IMG/VR virus record: IMGVR_UViG_3300044513_001674
Location: 1-37,345 of that record
DNA: 37,345 nt
Source of the DNA: a virus
Taxonomy: Duplodnaviria; Caudoviricetes
Direction: 5' to 3' (one strand)
Both the position numbers and the translations under genes were made by a program. The notes under the pieces are model-generated. The model ran no database searches. It had not been told where the DNA came from and saw only the letters and a program-made list of their open reading frames with translations. Positions 33,765-37,345 of this stretch are shown one piece after another (within the stretch, counting starts at the first letter, position 1; the number at the start of each line of letters is the position of its first letter).

Positions 33765-34604
33765 CTATCCGATCATGTCTAACGGTGGAAGTTCATATGT
33801 TGAGGACATCTTATCAATAAGGGCATTGAGTTCATTTACCCCATCATCATAAATTTGTCTTCCATTTAATTCAGTACCACCAGGAAGTTTTACTCCTTGG
33901 AATTTAATTAAGTTTTGTCCCCATTGCTTTTTAAGTGCAGCAGTAACGTACTTCTTCAGGAAAGAATCGCTCCATACTCTTGGCGAATCCGCAGGATCAA
34001 TCAGTCTATAGCAATCAATAATTAAAAATTGACCAGGAGTTACTGACCCCCAATCCATATCCATATAAAGTCTGTCTTGCCTTTGATTAAATCTTATTTG
34101 TTTTTCTGTAGTTAATAGAAAGTCAATATCAGATAAGTATCTCTTAACCATCGAATACGTTAAGAGTTCTGTTGATCCCCAGTAATAGACATCATTTAGA
34201 AACAACTGGTATTTTATATTGAACATACCACTTGAGAGACTACTCGATCCCTCAAATGCAAATACTTTATTGATACCTAAAATTTGAGGAGGAATTTGAA
34301 TAAAGTTGTTAGATTCAAAGAAGTTAAATGTTGTTGGCGTTCCTGCAATATTTGCTGTAGCAGATGTTGTGGCAATTCCTACTCCACCTGCTGTTGCTCT
34401 TGCTCTGTCAATATCTTCTTGAGTAACCTCATACTTTAAGTACGTTTGTATAACACCATCAAAATGTCTCTCATAAAAATATTGAAGTGAGTCATCAATA
34501 ATATCTTCAACTTGTTCATCAGCAACATTAATCTCCAAAACAGGAGCACCTAGTTGCCTTTTAGCATAATCGATTAATTGTTGCCTAGATGTTGGTGTTG
34601 CCAT
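33765..34604 (-). CDS. g13: Neck protein gp13
   Basis: LGAPVLEINV, ERHFDG, KKQWGQNLIKFQGVKLPGG, PPLDMIG. Confidence 0.95.
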   Translation of the reverse strand: MATPTSRQQLIDYAKRQLGAPVLEINVADEQVEDIIDDSLQYFYERHFDGVIQTYLKYEVTQEDIDRARATAGGVGIATTSATANIAGTPTTFNFFESNNFIQIPPQILGINKVFAFEGSSSLSSGMFNIKYQLFLNDVYYWGSTELLTYSMVKRYLSDIDFLLTTEKQIRFNQRQDRLYMDMDWGSVTPGQFLIIDCYRLIDPADSPRVWSDSFLKKYVTAALKKQWGQNLIKFQGVKLPGGTELNGRQIYDDGVNELNALIDKMSSTYELPPLDMIG

Positions 34605-34605
34605 G

Positions 34606-34818
34606 TTACTGATCCTTCTCTATTAGTTGCCTCAAGAGATCTTTAATTTCGCCAATATCATTTTCTAATTTATCAATTCGATCTCGCTCCCTACTTTTTG
34701 CACGCTTCAAATTTTTGTATGAGTCATACCCATTTTTGTCGAGATTCACAATAGCATTACTACGTGAATCTCTGACCAAATAACTATGACCTTCTACTTT
34801 GAAATATCTATTATCCAT
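34606..34818 (-). CDS. Small coiled-coil hypothetical protein upstream of g13 (70 aa)
   Basis: KVEGHSYLVRD...AIVN...IGEIKDLLRQL; start ATG 34818, just after the upstream stop. Confidence 0.72.
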   Translation of the reverse strand: MDNRYFKVEGHSYLVRDSRSNAIVNLDKNGYDSYKNLKRAKSRERDRIDKLENDIGEIKDLLRQLIEKDQ

Positions 34819-34819
34819 A

Positions 34820-37345
34820 TTATGCAAGTGCAATTACTCTAAGGTCTTTAAATCTAGGTGGATATGCTTGGTTTGTTGATGTTCCAACAATCTTAATTGT
34901 AAAGTATCTAAATTCTGGTAAATTATCGATACTAAACTCATAATCTCTGAATGGGAGATTTGCACTATCTGATGCTAAGATGTCTGTCTTTGGAACTCTC
35001 TTATTGGGCAGTCCATTAGAAGCAGCAAAATCTATAATTCTGCCTGCTGTATCAATGTTGTTGTAACCTGGGAATGGATAATATAATGGGTTATTCTCTG
35101 GTTCATTGCTAATAGAGTAGAACACTCTAATATCATTAAATGTATTTACATAACCAGATAAGAGAACTTTAATGGATGTCGCAGCATTTTCTAATTCAAC
35201 TGGTTTGTTTGCATAGATGAATGCTGTTGGATCTTCGTTTAACGTAGATGTTCTTGGATCATTTGCATAATCAGTAATTGGAGAATTCACTCTGTTGGTA
35301 ATAAGAACCATACCAACCCTATCCAAGTCAATAACAGGAGATACTGCTGAGTTTGCAGTTGATAGTGTGAACGTTACTTCCATTGACTTATTGCCAGGAA
35401 GGTTGTCAAGTTGCTCAAGTTCATTGACTCTTGAGGCAATCATTCTGGGTTCTGGGAGATATGTATCTTCCGTCAGATTGATTGGAGTTGCTTCTGTTTC
35501 CTGGAATGAAATCTCATTGCCATCAACACTTGTTGCAGTAATACCCTTGAGTGTCGCAGTGGTCTGTGTTCCTGGCAGGTTTAATGCCTGGACAATTGGA
35601 CGAACTGCTTCATACTGAATATTCTGCGTTGCGTGAATTCTATCGCCACCACTTGATTTGGATATTGTTTGATAGAGTTTTGCAAATCCGCTTCCAGTAT
35701 TTCTATTAACACCATTTGCTGCTGTATTAATTCTAATATAGTAATAATCAAGACCAATTCCTCTAGAAACCAGAGAATCTTGTAAGTAGTGATTTGTATT
35801 AATACGTCTCAATGATATTCCATTGTTTTCATACTTTTGAAGTCTGGTGTTTGATTGGTATGTAAATGTTCTTGTGTTATCTACACCCCTAGTAATACCA
35901 GTTAGTTGACCATTGGCAACTCCAGTGTAAGCGATGATTTCATCATCAATACGTACATAACCAGGATTTGTTGCTCCAACAGATACATTTTCAAAAGTTG
36001 CAAATCCTGCAGTACTTGCGATACTGATCGCAGTAGAATCTGAGTTTGTATACTCTGTAGTAAGAGTTGTTGGTTTAGAATCGCCACCTACATCAGATAT
36101 CTTAACAATATTAATGGTCGAGTGCATACCATGGTTCTTATGGTTAACCTTAATGTGCAATCCATCTTCAGCGACTGATGCTAATTCAAAGTCATCGATA
36201 ATAGCATTTCCACCAGCAACTAATGTCATAGTTGTAATACCAGTGGTTGGACTAATGTACTGTAAAGGTTTAGATGCATTCAATTCAAAATCGCCTTGGA
36301 CATTATCGAGGATTAATTCATTAATTCCAGTAATTGCTGGCAGAGAAAGTTGTAAGTTTCTTCCCAATTGGTCATTACCAATTGTATCTACAGTGAATAC
36401 GTCACCAACTTGATAACCAGATCCTCCAGTATTAATTGTTGCTGCAATTGCAACTCCATTCGTAGCACCAGCAGATCCGATTGTAATATCTGCAGTAGCA
36501 TTTCTACCTGTTCCAGAGAATGTTATGAGAGGAACATTTGTAAAGGTAAACTGATTTCCATCAGATGGAGTATATCCAATACCAGCATTTACAATTGTTA
36601 ATGCTCCAGTTGCAGATCCACCTGCACCAACATAGTCACCTCTAGCGGAGGTATTTTGTTGGACAATGGTGTTACCCTCAACAAAGGGACTGGTGTTAAT
36701 AATATCATTAGCAGTTACAATTAATTTTCTGGAGTTAAATTCCAGAGCGTCCTTACGTAAAGTTGCAATCTGCTGGTTTCCTTTATTCAACTCTGGGTTG
36801 AAGAAGGATACTGTTGCAGAGTCTCCAAACTTTGCAGTATAAAGATTGAACTTAAGATCTTCATATTGGCTTGCAGTCCAAGTAGCACCATTTTGAGACT
36901 TAAACAGAGAACCAAGAACTGGTTGTGCGGACACAACTACTTGTCTAGATTCTGGTTGAAGAAGCGTACTAATATCAACTTCACCCATTCTAGAGATCCA
37001 TACTGTATACTCGTTTGATTGTGACAACAGAACGATCGCATGATCTGTGTTGCCATTTAAGTATACTGGTGCAGGGAATGTAACTTTTGTTGGAATAGAT
37101 GCATCAAAGGTTTCGATAACATCCTTGGAGTCCAGAATAACCTCACCAAAAGGATATACTTGTGCAGATGGTACACCCGCAATCATTGGTCTCAGTTGGA
37201 CTGTTACTGGGAGCAGAGGATCTCTTGTTCTGAAGTAAACATCAACCTCCGTTACAAACGCACCTGGATTATCAGTAATCGTAAATGATTGTGCTAATGG
37301 ATCCTTACCACGAGGCGCTGGACGCGGTGGCGGCGGTGGTGGCGG
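34820..37345 (-). CDS. Large virion structural protein, VrlC/DUF4815-like (3' part; continues beyond the window)
   Basis: The frame is open to the window edge: PPPPPPPRPAPRGKDPLAQSF...VDVYF..., then PVYL, GSLFKSQNGATW...EDLKF, SPVIDL, C-terminal PRFKDLRVIALA. Confidence 0.8.
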   Translation of the reverse strand, partial: PPPPPPPRPAPRGKDPLAQSFTITDNPGAFVTEVDVYFRTRDPLLPVTVQLRPMIAGVPSAQVYPFGEVILDSKDVIETFDASIPTKVTFPAPVYLNGNTDHAIVLLSQSNEYTVWISRMGEVDISTLLQPESRQVVVSAQPVLGSLFKSQNGATWTASQYEDLKFNLYTAKFGDSATVSFFNPELNKGNQQIATLRKDALEFNSRKLIVTANDIINTSPFVEGNTIVQQNTSARGDYVGAGGSATGALTIVNAGIGYTPSDGNQFTFTNVPLITFSGTGRNATADITIGSAGATNGVAIAATINTGGSGYQVGDVFTVDTIGNDQLGRNLQLSLPAITGINELILDNVQGDFELNASKPLQYISPTTGITTMTLVAGGNAIIDDFELASVAEDGLHIKVNHKNHGMHSTINIVKISDVGGDSKPTTLTTEYTNSDSTAISIASTAGFATFENVSVGATNPGYVRIDDEIIAYTGVANGQLTGITRGVDNTRTFTYQSNTRLQKYENNGISLRRINTNHYLQDSLVSRGIGLDYYYIRINTAANGVNRNTGSGFAKLYQTISKSSGGDRIHATQNIQYEAVRPIVQALNLPGTQTTATLKGITATSVDGNEISFQETEATPINLTEDTYLPEPRMIASRVNELEQLDNLPGNKSMEVTFTLSTANSAVSPVIDLDRVGMVLITNRVNSPITDYANDPRTSTLNEDPTAFIYANKPVELENAATSIKVLLSGYVNTFNDIRVFYSISNEPENNPLYYPFPGYNNIDTAGRIIDFAASNGLPNKRVPKTDILASDSANLPFRDYEFSIDNLPEFRYFTIKIVGTSTNQAYPPRFKDLRVIALA

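Overview
This window is part of a T4-like myovirus genome, most likely a large cyanophage judging by gene order and protein families. Nearly all genes are on the minus strand. Read in transcription order (right to left): a partial VrlC/DUF4815-like structural protein, neck/tail genes g13-g14-g15, terminase g16, a block of basic putative internal-head proteins, g17, sheath g18, tube g19, portal g20, head genes g21-g22-g23, g3, uvsY, uvsW, late sigma g55, g47/g46, an NAD-dependent epimerase, and a peptidase/vWA plus CobS-like AAA ATPase pair (partial). The stand-out element is a ~5 kb enzyme island (13942-18991) inserted between portal g20 and the prohead genes. It holds a family-25 glycosyltransferase and two tandem paralogous cobalamin-dependent radical SAM enzymes on the opposite strand, behind their own late-promoter motif, plus a convergent Fe(II)/2OG-type cupin oxygenase. 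Other points: a repeated early-promoter cassette with identical spacing, a near-consensus antisense sigma70 promoter beside g55, capsid-targeting-like N-termini, and a nested domain insertion in the sheath. No tRNA, CRISPR array, intron or transposase was seen. All family calls come from motif recognition and synteny, not from database searches.
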